Numbered from the stretch's first letter, positions 12,802-25,934 are shown. The stretch is 64,000 nt of DNA from Flectonema sp. DT1601 (GCA_964019425.1 OZ025787.1:186001-250000); one strand, 5' to 3'. Numbers and translations are program-made. The notes: generated by a model from the sequence alone, not told the origin.

Positions 12802-15800
12802 TCACAAGCGAGGTGTTACACGAGGAGTAATTGAGACTTGAGTAGAAGTCGCTGACATATCTCCAATCGGTTCCGTTGGTCCCCAATGAACTTCTCGACC
12901 ATTTGCTCCAGTTCTCTTGAAATTCATTGTGCCCTCATACTCATCAGGTTTTATGGGAGTTCCAGGAACGGATACATCGAATGGCTGGTTTTGTGATTTT
13001 ATTTGTCAAACCACAGAAATCAATTTTACAAAAAAGAAAATAATAAAAAGAAAACAAACCTTAACACTACCGGTATCAGTGCTGTCGTCATCACTATCTT
13101 CGTTTTCAACATCTTTTCCACTTTGAAGAACATAAACAAGATCGTTCTCTCTGACGATAGTAGTCTTTGTTGGATTAGTAAACACGTATGGGAGAGGACT
13201 CTTAGAAGCCCCTCCTGGACCACGGTAGAGCCCTAGAGGTATCATTTCCATCTTCAATGCCATGCTATAAAATAATTCTCCGTATGTTTTATTTATTAGT
13301 ATTTCAGGTACTGCTATGCATCCGAGGAAGGATCCGTATTGGTTTAGAGATCCTTGCATGAATTGTTCTACGATCCTTATCAATGAAGGACTGTAATAAG
13401 AATGCGGCAATATCGGCCCAAGCATTTGGTTAGAAATAAGAAATCCGGCTGAATAAAATGGACTCGACTGATGGGCCGATGAAAACGCTTCCACTTCTTC
13501 ATCCAAAAGGTCATCATGAGATGTTGTGTGAACCTTCCAATCAGTTCGCATACGAAGTTCCATTCTCTCTTTTGAATTGAGTCCGTAACTTTTCGAAGCT
13601 TGCAGGACATCAAAATCATTAAAATACTTTACACTCGTACTGGCCATTAGCTCTGCGCATATAAATAGGGGAGAGCCGTTGCCGCGTTTTAGTATCGGCA
13701 TACCTTTTCTATTAGTTAGTTGTCCCTGTAATAATTTTTCTTCTAAAGAAGCTGAACAAGTTCCTTTCTTATTCAAAGACTTTGCGACCATTGCCTGAGT
13801 AGCTTCTTCATCTACTGGGCAGAGTGAAACAGCTGCCATGACAATGAAGACGGAATCGGCATCGGCTTCTCCATCAGTTTTCTTTCCATCGCTTGCTAAC
13901 ACAACTAGTGATGACGCGTCTTCTAACCCAGCTCGGTACAAGTCGTTAGGTAGTTTGGGATCACCTTGACAGTAATAGAAATATCGGTAGTGAGACACTC
14001 TGTTCCATACCTGTTTGTTATTGTTGTGACTACAGAAAACTCTAAACAGATAAACAAAAAGTAAATACATACTTCTCCAACAGGTGGTGTGGGGGCCAAG
14101 TACAACACAGTTTTCAAGGGTGTTTTTGTTGCACACAGAGACCGCTTTAGAGCTCTCATAAACTGAGCGAGGTTACTGTTTATTATTTATTTTAATTTGT
14201 TTTAACAAACCACCCTAAGTAATATACCCCCACGGCGTTCAGAAAAGTTTTCATACCGCAACCCACCAGTCACAATAATGTGATCTTTAAAAACTCCTTC
14301 TCTCCTCCAATCGGTGCGCCTATGCGGACCAAAAGTCGGGTTAACGTGTTGGATTAAATCTCTTAAGAGAGCTTCTTTTTGTTGTAACTGTACTTGTAAT
14401 TCCAAGACGGGATCACCCTTAGCTATGTGACCTCCGTCAGTAAACGCCGCTGTTGTTGGTTGTTTGTGTTATGTTTTATAACGACAGTTTCAATACTAAA
14501 AAGATAAACAAACACATACTAGCTACACTACGAGAACTCGCACCCAGTAAGTCAGGAGTGTGAGGGGATGAAGGCATTACTTCCCCTTCACGAACTTGTT
14601 GCGTAGCAGCTTGGAGTTGCATTTTCAAATCATCTATTCTACGAGAAAGTTCAGTCTCCGCGTGAGAATAATGCGAATCAGTTTGAGAGAACGATCTTGG
14701 TCTGTGTGGTGCTCTGTGTAGATCTAAGTCTGACGCATTCTTTGCAACTGGAATCCCAACACCAGAGAACGAATTCAAAGTTGGGTTCAAATTACTCAAA
14801 CTCGGACTATTAAACCCCAGTACATCAGATGAGTATCGAGGAATATTTTGATCTGGAAACGGAACAGGCTTTTCCTTATCACGATATTTTATCATTGGCG
14901 CATTAACATCCAACACGGTCCGTTCCGGCAGCGAGGATCGAACTGGACGCAATTTCAGCAGAGAGATGATCGCCCAAACACGAGATTTGAAGTGTCTTTT
15001 GATGTCTTGACGACGTCGATTTTCTGCCGTATCTCCCATTGCACGTCTCCTAGTCAAATGTAAATTAGAAGCGCTCTGATTCAAATTATATAAAGAAGCG
15101 TTTCGCTGATGAGTTGCCTCTGAAAGAGGGAAGTTTTTATATTGTTCGCAGACTTCGCAAGTTGCCAGATCAATTGAGAGGACGGCTAAGACGTCGTCTT
15201 TTTTTAGATTGTAACGATGACCAGGATTAAGTATGAAATTAAAACCAGACTTATCATTCTCTGAATTCCCCATCATTGTTGGTGACTTTGGTACTGATCC
15301 ATCGTGGTCTGGACCCGTCGAGAATCCAGTACCCGCAAAACCTCCCCAAGTCGACTGCCTGCGTCTGTAGAAAGTCTCGCCATTGCATCCTAAATTCTCT
15401 CTCTCTCGTTTACTTATTACACCAAGTATCGTAATTTCAAATTTCATATAAACAGCAATCGCTGCCTCAATGAAATTTCTTCCAACTAATTGACTTGGTA
15501 CTCTCATTTCATAAACAACGTGAGACATTCCTCTCTTGTATTCATCAGATTCGGAGATGTTGGATCGAAGTTTAGCTCTATCAGTAGTACTCGCCTCTCT
15601 AAATGATGTAATGAAATTAATAACTAATGTTGATAATCCTGGACAGATACAACTCTGAGCCATTAGCTTTAGTCTCGACTCATCAAGGGATGCGATGTAG
15701 TCGGCTGATGCTGCGTTCGCTGTCGATTTACCAGCGCTGTGATTAAGAAGGATGTAAGTTTCGACATTATATTTTGAATACGATCTAAAGTTCAATGTTT

Positions 15801-17574
15801 GAAGAGCAGTGACTGTGTCAATATCGTCTGATGACTCTGTTGGATGTCGAGGAGCAAGTAATCCGAGAGCTCCACCTCGTTGCGTAGCAGGTTCAATTTT
15901 ACCTGTAGCTAACACAAAGCATGCCTTAGCTTTTTCAGCGTGAATCTTACGAAGGGTGTCATCTTCGAGGAGTGACCCAAGTACGAATCTCATTCGATGT
16001 TTGTATCCCTGACTTTCTAATAAAAGTCTAAGCTTTCCACTCATTTCTACTCTCGATACCACAATCAGAGATGGTGGATCATGTGCCTGGTGTACCGGGT
16101 GGTAGAATTCTTTCACGAACATAAATATTTCATCGTGAGTAAGATGGTGTCCAGCGAGGATTACAAATCCGTTTTCTCTGGAAGGCATGTTTTTAAATCG
16201 TTCTTTTGGCTGCTCTCCTAACAAGTCCATTAGTCCACGAGTCTGAACAGGGATGAGTACAATAGCTGTGATCATTACTAAAATCATAATAAGTTTTCCA
16301 AGAGAAGTTTGTGGTGATATGTCTCCGTAGCCTACTGTTGACATTGTTACTACCATAAAATAGACTGAATCACCAAAGGTGAGTCCTTGGTTATGTTCTA
16401 CCATCTGAATCAAACCTGATGCCACAAACAATAGAGAAAACACCGTAAATATCAAAATATTTGCTTGTTTAATTGCCGTCCAATCACCGCTTCTTCCATC
16501 ACCAACTAGTCTCCATGCCTTAAGAACTCGCAGCAGCCGTAAAAGCCTAACAACACGTGCGAATCCAAAAGAAGTGCTACCTCCGAAATACCACGATAAG
16601 GCTACAGGAACAATCGTCAATAAATCAACAAGTGGAAACATTGAAAAAAAATACTTAAATCTATTGCGTGCGATGTAAAATCTTATTCCGTAGTCGACAG
16701 CGAATACAACGGCAAAGCAGGTCTCAATTATTCGAATCCAAAGTAAGGAATCATTCAGATTACCAGGTTTAGTACCTGACACACACATGTAAATTGGTAT
16801 CTCAACTCCACTTACATTAACACGTTCAAACTCGGTATAGAAGCATTTACCCTTCTCATTATCAGCTATGATAGCGTATGTTTCAAAAATATAAAGAGCT
16901 GAAGAGATCAGAGCTAAGACAGATTGAATAAGATCAGCTACGAGTGTTCTGTTATTTTTGTACATAAAGTCTGCTAATTTTGCTTTAAACGGACGTGCTT
17001 TTTCAAGTCGGAGTTCGTAGGCATGAACGAGCTTGGCAGAGTCCCTGTCACATTGCATTAGCTTTTCAACTTTTGGAAAGAGTGAAGCTGTAGCAGACAG
17101 TTTACTACTAATACAAGCAGCGAGTGATACGAGACAAATAATCGCAGGAATCTCTTCTCCCTCTTGTACGGCTCGAAATCGAGGAGTCATACTAACTACA
17201 TCTTTAAATATCTGAGTGTGAGTTCGCTTTCTTCCTCGTACCCCACCAGACCGATTGCTGCTCAAGTCTGATATCCGCCTGCCGAAGTTTAAAGACAAGT
17301 TTGGAGTGACATCAAGGTGTTTTAAGTGACTACTTTGTAAATGTGTTTTTTCACTTTTTAATGAATCTATTGGGAGAGTCAGATCTGTTGACTCTGGTGT
17401 CAAGGTAATCGTCGTAGCTAATGATGTAACTGTGTGATTAAAACTTGAATTAAATCCTGGAGGCTGCAGGGTATCACTCGCATCGCTTATTATGGATGAC
17501 CCCCTCTGCTTTCGACCTCTTCTTCCGCTGCTTGGCGGGTCATCAAGTACGATCTGCGGCAGCGACTGGTCCAT
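12802..17574 (-). CDS. Slo/BK-family voltage- and Ca2+-activated K+ channel alpha subunit; 5 exons (17574-14520, 14449-14257, 14175-14073, 14010-13060, 12984-12802)
   Basis: S4 RVVRLLRLLRVLKAWR, pore YFMVVTMSTVGYGD, RCK1 LMAQSCICPGLSTLVINF, RCK2 HIIVTG...QGDP, C-terminal IPLGLYR...YVFTNP. Four GT-AG introns (14450-14519, 14176-14256, 14011-14072, 12985-13059) keep the frame open. Confidence 0.92.
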
Positions 17575-18357
17575 GTCCCATGTTGTGAGGTAGCAGAAGT
17601 CTGAACAAAGGAAGGATAATAGCATTCTGTTATTCAGTCGCTGTACAGATTGTGTGATTCTAATCTCGTTTTGTTACATCTGTTTCACCACCTGATAAAA
17701 GTTTTCTCATATTTTCTCAACACCGTGCATCTTTTGCTACACAAATCGAATACGCCAAGCCTAATATGTGTTTCTTTCATAAAAAAACGAATATTTTCAG
17801 TTAGTTCTGTAAAAAGAATCAAATTTGCCTTTTTGTTAACTTTCCACATCTACCTCGGACTACACTATTTTCAATCTTTTTTTTTTTTTTTTTTTTTCAC
17901 TCTTTCGCCGATGAAAAAAAAAAAAAACACTGTGAAGAGCTCCCCCAGATTGGGAACACACTCTGCCAAGAAGATTGCTGAAGGAATACAGGAAAAAAAA
18001 GTTTTTTTTTTTTTTCTCCTCTCCCGCTTAATATAACTACTACAGCAGCTACTTTCTGCCCCACTATGCTATCTTCCTGAGCCACAAACTAAACTGAATA
18101 TCAACAAACAAACAAAAAAAAAAAAAGAAAGAAGACAAAAATATAACACTTAAAAGGGAAATTATTACAAGGTTTCTCATCACGGTCCAAGGAAGTATTA
18201 CCCACATATCATAAAAATAAAAAAGGGGGGGGGAAACAAACTCCTAGAGTTCAGTTCGTGGTAGTATCATAAAAGAAAATAATGTAATATAAAAGAAATG
18301 GGTACATAAAACCAAAGGTTTTTATATAATAGTGATGAACGGAAACTAATAGACTGT

Positions 18358-19311
18358 CTATTTGTTAGCAAATTCATAAACACCCTTCCACTCTGGGTAT
18401 TTAGTTCTAATGACATCATCAACGTTGTCTTTCCAAAAGCACTCTGTAAGACTGAAACCGCTGTTTCCGGATGTACTCGTGACCTGGTCAGGGCTGTTTG
18501 TTACACCACTGTCTAGTACATCATCCGTACTTGTTCTAACTGATCCAAGGTAGTCCTTACCAGAGCCTGGGGTCGGTCTAATAGGAAACATATAAGCTGC
18601 ATCCCAGTTACGTACACGAGAATGACTAAAACCTTGTCTACTGTCAATTGTGTCTTTATCAGTTCCATGGTTGTAGTACATTTGATAAGCCAACGACTCT
18701 GTTTGTGGAACAGCAATAGTCATACCGTCCATCCAGTCTTCAATCAACACCTGACATGCTACTCGAGCATTACTAGGAAGTCTAGTAAAGTTTCTTGATT
18801 TCTTTGCCAGCCAATTCAATTCTTTCTCCATAGGAGGAGCCATGGCATCTAAATATTCATACGGAACAACAACAGCACAGTTATTACAACGAAAGACACT
18901 AGGGTGATAATATGCACATGGTCGTTGGGAAGTTACCCACAGATGAGTGTTTTCCATTGCATTGTACTGCTTTGTATCTCTAGGGAATGTTGGACGTACT
19001 CCAAACCAACGAGGGTCAGCTTCATTGAATATGTCCCACAATGTCATTCCTGGAACTAGTTTGAACCGAACAGGCCATCTAAAACCAAATGCATCAATTA
19101 GAATCATGTGCATTAAAGAAATAGAATCTTCATACTCAAGACTTGATCCATCTGAATGAGCAATTTTGTGACTTGATGGCTTCCAATCTTGAACTGATCG
19201 ATATACAGCAGCAGAGTTTGGGGGTCTCGCCATCGTGTGATCAGGTATTACATCCTTCCCCATATGAGCCATTCTCCTCTGCACTCTTCTTATCCCTGCT
19301 AGCAACTTCAT
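18358..19311 (-). CDS. Divergent mitochondrial adrenodoxin/ferredoxin-like protein (possible complex I ferredoxin-type accessory subunit)
   Basis: Arg-rich N-terminal presequence-like segment. CNNCAVVV...PPMEKELNWL...NARVACQVLIEDWMDGMTIAVP resembles adrenodoxin C-x2-C-H-V...E...L...SRL.CQ...LDGMTV.VP. Confidence 0.65.
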   Translation of the reverse strand: MKLLAGIRRVQRRMAHMGKDVIPDHTMARPPNSAAVYRSVQDWKPSSHKIAHSDGSSLEYEDSISLMHMILIDAFGFRWPVRFKLVPGMTLWDIFNEADPRWFGVRPTFPRDTKQYNAMENTHLWVTSQRPCAYYHPSVFRCNNCAVVVPYEYLDAMAPPMEKELNWLAKKSRNFTRLPSNARVACQVLIEDWMDGMTIAVPQTESLAYQMYYNHGTDKDTIDSRQGFSHSRVRNWDAAYMFPIRPTPGSGKDYLGSVRTSTDDVLDSGVTNSPDQVTSTSGNSGFSLTECFWKDNVDDVIRTKYPEWKGVYEFANK

Positions 19312-20327
19312 TTTTTTGTTAACTAAGTTTTCTTTGTGATTTCCCTCAACCTATAAAACAGAACAGAAATAATACATATCTCACAGAACTTCCCCGTTGG
19401 ATCCACTTGAACCATGCATGCTACCCATTTTTTTTTAAAAAAAAAAAATTGCAACAAACTAACAATAAACTCTTACCAATAACAATGTAGTAACTAGCTG
19501 ACCAGCTGCACGAAAGTAAACGGATCTCAGGCTGGATGGTGTAAGTAGTTTCTTTTTTCTTTTTTTTCTTTTTTTTTCCCCCTTCTTCGTTAGTTAGTAC
19601 GCAACAAACGCAGAAGGTAAGTGATTTGATGGCTAGCGATACTGGCTGCCATATGACACCTACCAATCCCCCCTCCTACGTACTGTAGGCCTTTACAGCT
19701 TTTAAATTATAATTGTCAAACTATATGCAAGTCTTGTCTGAAGTACTTTCCATTGAGTTGATTACTGGATGCCTGATTCACATGAAAATGTTAACAGGAG
19801 ATAGTCGGGATGGGAATAATAAAAGTGAGTAACCCCATAACGCGCCAGCCTCAGGCTCGTTAATCACGCCTTCCACGCTAACAAAGAACTCGCTTCGTTG
19901 CACACATAGTACTTGAATGTCCGAGTGTAGAAACACCAGTTCCAAGTCTCAATAATAAAGGGAAACCAGAATTCAATAAAAAGTGTAGAAAGAAAAAGGC
20001 TTTTTTTTTTTTTTTTTTTTTTTTTTTGCATGATAAGGCTTTCCTAGTCTGACAAACACCTGTTGCTGTATTGGTTCAACAAAAGACTTCCCCGCGAGTC
20101 GCAATTTGATGAGATCTCCTCATTGTGAAGTTATCTAAAGGATATTGTTGCAACAAGCACGCCAATCGGTTGTTTGAATAAACACAGATTCTGACTATAA
20201 GATTATTTTATAAAAGGACGGGGGAGAGAGGGGTAGGGAGAAGCAAAAAAAAAAAAAAAAAAAAAAAAATCGAACAACAACTCGACCTCAGACTTATTCA
20301 GACCTCTAAAACGACACCAACTGAGAG

Positions 20328-22204
20328 CTACCCTTTCAAGGGAGGAAATAATGAAGACTTACTCGGGATTGTTGTGAGCCGCCTGTTTTGGTTGTGTCTT
20401 AAACTACTACTACCACAGCAGGAGAATACTAAAAATAGAAAACATACGCAGGGCAAGAACTAATTAGATTTCCATCAGTGACTGAAGTTCGAGGTACTCT
20501 CGCAGTATTTAATGGGGCGAGGTGAGCTGGTGGCTTTGGTTGTGTCGGCATTCGACTTGTTTGAACTGTGGGACTTGTATCGTGTTCTTCGTCTTGGAAT
20601 GCTTCCTCGCTTTTCGCTCGGCGCTTCTTTTTATCCTTCTTCTTTTTCTTTTTTTTCCTTCCACTGATTTCTTCATCATCATCGCTGTTTTCCGCAGCAT
20701 TTTCGTCACCTTGTTTTGAAGTTGAGAGGTCAATCTTTAGCTTTGAGATAACTTCTTTCTGTTCCTCTAATTGCATTTCGAGTCTTGTCTTGTCGTCTTC
20801 AAGTTGGGCTATTCGCCGCTGTTGATCCTTTGCTGGAGTTTGTTGTGATATTTCCAAAATCTGAATGTCTGCGTAATTGTGGTCAGAGTCGCACCCTCCG
20901 AAGGAAAGCATCGCCCAATTCCCTATTTTATTTATTATTATTCTTTTTTTTTTTTTTTTTTGGTAGAGTACTCATCCAAGATAAAATTTCAAAAGTACTA
21001 CTCCTCTCAAATATCAAAAAAAAAAAAAAAAAGCAAACCTCCTCCAGTTGGATACGTAACAGCGCTGTGGCAATATCGCGGTCGCGGATGGAGAGAGTCG
21101 CACATTATTTCGTTCCAGTGATAGTTTTCGGTATTGAACATAAACAAGTCTGAACAACTGTCGCCATCAAATCCTGCAAACACTAACATATACTGCATGT
21201 AAGGACATGCGCTGTTTTGTTTTGTTTTGTTTTGTTTTGTTTTGTTTTGTTTTGTTTTGTTTTGTTTTGTTTTGTTTTGTTTTGTTTTGTTTTGTTTTGT
21301 TTTGTTTTGTTTTGTTTTGTTTTGTTTTGTTTTGTTTTGTTTTGTTTTGTTTTGTTTTGTTTTGTTTTGTTTTGTTTTGTTTTGTTTTGTTTTGTTTTGT
21401 TTTGTTTTGTTTTGTTTTGTTTTGTTTAATTACTCATTCCAGTCTTTTCCGTCATTTCTCAAGAAGATAAAAGATAATTACATACACATGAGCATTTCTC
21501 TTCGTGGGTGCACATCCGGTTGTGCGAGGGGCGAGATTTGTCCAAGTCCGAGTAGGGATGTCATACGAGTGAACGTCATTGAAGCGATCAATTACCCCTC
21601 CAGAGTCGTTGTTCTTACCTGCGAATAACCAAAGTTGTTTACCAATGTTGATGACTGTGTGGCAACAACGCCGAGAAGGAATGTCACCAGACACAACAGG
21701 TTGTGACCATTTGTATTGGAGAGTTTCAAATATGTGTAAATCATTACAAGATTCCCCATCGAACCCACCAAATACATATAAACTAGTACCTACGACTGTT
21801 GTGGTGTGTGCATTCCTCTTACCAGGTGGAATGCCTTTTACCTGCGGGCAGACCCAGCTCATGCTCGCCGTGTCTAGTATGTGGGTGTCATTAAATTTCT
21901 CTCCATCTCTGTGGCCACCAAAAACATATATTTTGGTTTCTACTACTGATACTGTGTGCGCCGACCGCGGTTTTGGAGGTTGGCCTTTTAGCTGTGGCTG
22001 TGCCCATTGGCAACTTCTCATGTCTTTGTTGAAGACGTGTACGTCTGTGAATCGAGTATTGTCGTCTTTTCCACCAATTACTATTACAGCATCTCCCATA
22101 GCTGCCATGGAATGAAAGTATCTTGGACTTGGTTTGACGCCTCTCACATTTGGTCTGATCCATCTCATGGTAGTTATTCCATCTATGTTGCGTGAGGATA
22201 CCAT
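20328..22204 (-). CDS. Kelch-repeat beta-propeller protein with C-terminal coiled coil and Lys-rich NLS-like tract; 4 exons (22204-21486, 21211-21039, 20922-20448, 20382-20328)
   Basis: Six repeats of P.PR..H....IYVFGG...ND...W. Introns 21212-21485, 20923-21038 and 20383-20447 preserve the frame (NAHV-ACPYMQYMLVFAGFDG; TGGG-NWAMLSFGG). Confidence 0.88.
21214..21427. repeat. (GTTTT)n pentanucleotide microsatellite, ~43 units, inside kelch intron 1 and abutting the 3' splice site
   Basis: Perfect tandem repeat read directly from the sequence. Confidence 0.98.
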
Positions 22205-22854
22205 TTTACCATAATAGTTGATTGTTTAATCCAACTCCGATCCCCGACGGCCACCCCTCCCCGTGGAGGTGAGCTTTGCCAGCAACACTGTAATTGAGTT
22301 GAAATAAAATAATGTTTTCCAATCACGAATAACACCAATACAGTATGACTACGATCATCATACATGGTTGATATTTCCTGTTTCTTAAAATAAAAAACTT
22401 CTATAAAAAACTAACACAATTATCTCAAATTAGTTGATAAACTTCATTGGATGAATAAACTTCCGTTTTTTACGGACAAGCAAGAGGAGAGATATACTTA
22501 GACTACAGCGAACCGGGTATGAATAAAAGCAAAACAAGTTGACCAAATTAATTAGGCAAGGGGGTTAGGAAAAACTAATATTATCGGTTACTGATCTGGT
22601 AAATTATTATTAAAAAAAAATTAAAAAAAAATAAAATATAAAAATATATCCCAAATAAGGAACATACTGTTGTCAAGGATTAAGAACTGGTTTGACTTAT
22701 CTGGGAAGCTCACTACTGCTACAGCTTGTCAGATAATGTCGTCTTCAAAGAAGGGTGATTCGAATGTTAATTAACTAGTGTATTTTCTATGGGGATTTTT
22801 GGCCTAAAATTCTCAAAGGAAATCCCCCCCCAAAAAAAAAAAGAATCAAGTCAC

Positions 22855-23400
22855 TGGCCTGTTGCAGGGGATGGGTCTGTTCTGGGAGTGAGGTGGTCAG
22901 TCCCCGTCACCGAAGTTTAGTCTAGCGTTATGCTTGATCTGCTACCAAACCCATCAGCACAGTACAGGCAACGGCTTACAACGTCAAGCGTCCCCCAGCT
23001 CTTCGTAGCGCAAGAAGACTGGCGGCTTAGTGATATTGCCGTAGCAATGGCCTCAGTTTACATCGGTTGAGACCGAACGAGTATTCCCCGTTCTGAAGTA
23101 CCTCAATACACTTCATCCTCACATCCCTGATGACCTACTGCTTCCAAAGCTGGTCTAGGTGAGGAGTGGTACCATGTCTCACGATATGGTGGACTGCGTA
23201 ATGTGGGAGTTCGGCCCTCTCTGTCAGCCAAGTATGTGGATATCTTATCAGAATTCCGTCTGACCCTTCTACTTGCCTCTGGCAAATAAAGCCAATCTGT
23301 AACTAAAGCTGGCAAGTTTAGGACTCCGCTGAACTGGATAGTGATGTAGGGTTCAGGAACGCAACTCTGCATAGACAGAGTTTAGCCGATGACCTTGCCT
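22855..23400 (+). mobile_element. Possible decayed retroelement fragment
   Basis: GC-richer island lacking homopolymer runs. Broken frames give CLIC...PALRSARR...VFPVLKYLNTL, reminiscent of a non-LTR retrotransposon C-terminal zinc-knuckle region; multiple stops and frameshifts. Confidence 0.25.
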
Positions 23401-23624
23401 TATGTGAGAAAAGAAAATCCCCATGGCCTTGTGTGATGCATGGGGGCCCCAAAATACGCTGTTATTAACAACAATTAAAAGAAAATTAAAAAAAAGATAA
23501 CCTGTTCCTTAACTCGACGACTCACCTTAATTGCCTGGATACAAATTCTGCCATCTCACTGAACTAAAAGATAATTGTAGCGAAATCAGTATCGTTCCTC
23601 ATTACATCCTCGCTACCTTTCCTT

Positions 23625-23657
<33 letters not shown>

Positions 23658-25048
23658 TTGATTAAAAGGCGAAATATTGCCCAAACTTCCAACTGAAAAC
23701 AACTTTTTGATGCGATAAAGAAAACACTGGTGAGGAGGGGAAAAGGGAAAACAAGAAAACAAATAAAACACGTTTGAAAAGCAAATGACTTTCTAACTAC
23801 CAGACGTGTTTTAAATTTTCCTTTTTTTTTTTTTTTTTTTTATACACCAAGCGATGCAAGGATAACACTAATAGTGTGAACTTCTAAAGTCAGTATACGA
23901 TTGACAACTAAGACAGTGCTTGTGTTAACGACGACTAGGTGTAGTAAAGTTCTTAGACACACACTTAAGAAAAAAATTATGAAAAGCCTTTAAAGGGGGA
24001 AAAAAAAACACTTACCATACTAAACAATGAATAACCAAAATAGTTTTTTAAAAAAAAATTAAAAAAATGATGCCTTAAACCTGTACATTATCAGGAAACA
24101 TCTGTGTTTGATACAGATTAGCACATTGCTTGTTGATGTTTTTTTTTTTTTTTTTTATAAGCACACTTAAACAAAATCAAACAAAGCAAGTAAATTACAG
24201 AACAAGACCAATGGAAATTATGATGGGAGAGAAATACTTTCTCAAATATCACACGACTACTTCATTTGCTAGATGAAGAAGAACGAACTGTTGCATTGCA
24301 ATCAACATCTTGCTTTGTCTGTTTGAAGCAACATTGGGGGATACTCAAAAGAGAAATAAATGCTATAAATTATGAACCTTTGTTGTAAGTCTTGAAAAAA
24401 AAAAGGTTTTCCAGCTCCTTTTTTTTTAAAAGTGATTAGAGGATACCAAATAAAAAAAAAACACTTGGAAAACCTTTGTCAGGTCTGAAGAGAGGAAAAA
24501 TTGTATTTTCGTATTTTTTTTTTTTGTTGACGAAAAAAAACGACAAATAAAAAAAAAATAAATGAAAAAGAGGGAACTGAATGCTGACTGATGAAATTTA
24601 ACAAACAACAAAAAAAAAAAAAAAAAAAAAAAACGCGATGAAAAAAAAAAAAGTAAATTTTTTTCGAAATATGAACCTCGGAATGAACCACGTCCTGCCA
24701 CTACAGGGTTCGACCATTTTTATCTGCTTGGAACCTACGAAAAGAGGAAACATCTCCAAGCTGCGAGTAGGAATGGGTATTTTGGTTCAAATTGTTTTTA
24801 AGGTGGGAAAGGAAAAAAAAAAAAGGTGAAAAAATATTGCTCCGCGTTCTAAGTGATTAACATTTGATGGCGGTGGCACTCCAGCAAGAGCGAAATTAAT
24901 GCCGTACAATGAAAAAAAGAAGGGAAAAAATAAAAAAACACAGTAAAATTATTCTTAAAAATACTTTTTATAGTAAGGTAACTCCTAACAAAGAAGAAAC
25001 CACGACAAACACAAAATAATAAAGTGATAAATTACAATTGAAAGGAAA

Positions 25049-25699
25049 TTAGTCAGCCTCCTCAACAAAAACGTCAACTGGAAGAGCTCGAAGTCCGGTA
25101 ACAGCATTCGGTGTCAAGGAAGACAGTTGTTTGTCAATCAAAGCCTGAGACTGTTGAACGTCAGGTTCCATGTCTGTTGTCTTTCTTCTTTTTTTTGATT
25201 CCAGAAGCTCTAATTTAGACTTTAGTGACAGCAACTGTTCTTGTTTTTTACGTTCGGCTTCAGCAGTAGCAGCGCTGTCTTGTCTTTCGTCATTTTCAGT
25301 TTCTTCTGTTTGCTCACTTCCCTCAGATTCTATTCCTGTATAACTTCTCTTTGATTCACTGTTTGATGTATCGAATGAGAAGTCATCTGACGGAATAGTT
25401 GGAATCGACTCGTTGGCTTTTAATATTTCTTCAGGAACTTCCCAGCAGCTCACTTCAGTCTCATAATTGTACCAATAACTGTCTCCAGGACTAGTGCTGC
25501 TGGATGTTACGCGTTCCCAGTTTCCACATGATGTGATATTTTGAAGATTTTCTTCCTTGAGAGCCGCATCTCCAATTGGTAAGTCGACAACCATTCTTCC
25601 ATCTGACTGGATTCTAGTGACCACTCCTCGAAGGCCATTTACCTTCGCACTGCTAAGGCCAACTGCCTCAACGAGTGATCCAACTTGAATTTCAAACAT
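25049..25699 (-). CDS. Hypothetical protein with N-terminal SH3-like barrel and WW domain
   Basis: VGSLVEAVGLSSAKVNGLRGVV...GRMVVDL...LKEENL followed by WERVTSS...SYWYNYETEVSCWEVP (WW signature). U-rich AG just upstream of the ATG. Confidence 0.8.
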   Translation of the reverse strand: MFEIQVGSLVEAVGLSSAKVNGLRGVVTRIQSDGRMVVDLPIGDAALKEENLQNITSCGNWERVTSSSTSPGDSYWYNYETEVSCWEVPEEILKANESIPTIPSDDFSFDTSNSESKRSYTGIESEGSEQTEETENDERQDSAATAEAERKKQEQLLSLKSKLELLESKKRRKTTDMEPDVQQSQALIDKQLSSLTPNAVTGLRALPVDVFVEEAD

Positions 25700-25934
25700 T
25701 TTCCTGACTGCAAAAAAGAAATATTTTCTTTTATAATGACATATTTTCACAACACAAAAAAAAACAAAGTGGTAAACACAACAACACGAAACATGACATC
25801 GAGAAGTACGTGAAGTTATTTCATGCAAGCAGATTTTTTAAAAAAGGAAAAAAAAACGCAGCGATTATAAAGGTTAAATCTAACAACGCCTGCGTATGGA
25901 ACAATGCCGACTACGCACAGCCAACAATAAAGAA

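Noticed and set aside
21207..21628. Plus-strand ORFs of FCFVL repeats
   Set aside because: Translation artefacts of the (GTTTT)n microsatellite.
22183..22365. 60-aa ORF upstream of the kelch gene as an additional coding exon
   Set aside because: It is out of frame with the kelch CDS, which has an in-frame TAA just upstream of its ATG. At most a uORF or 5'-UTR feature.
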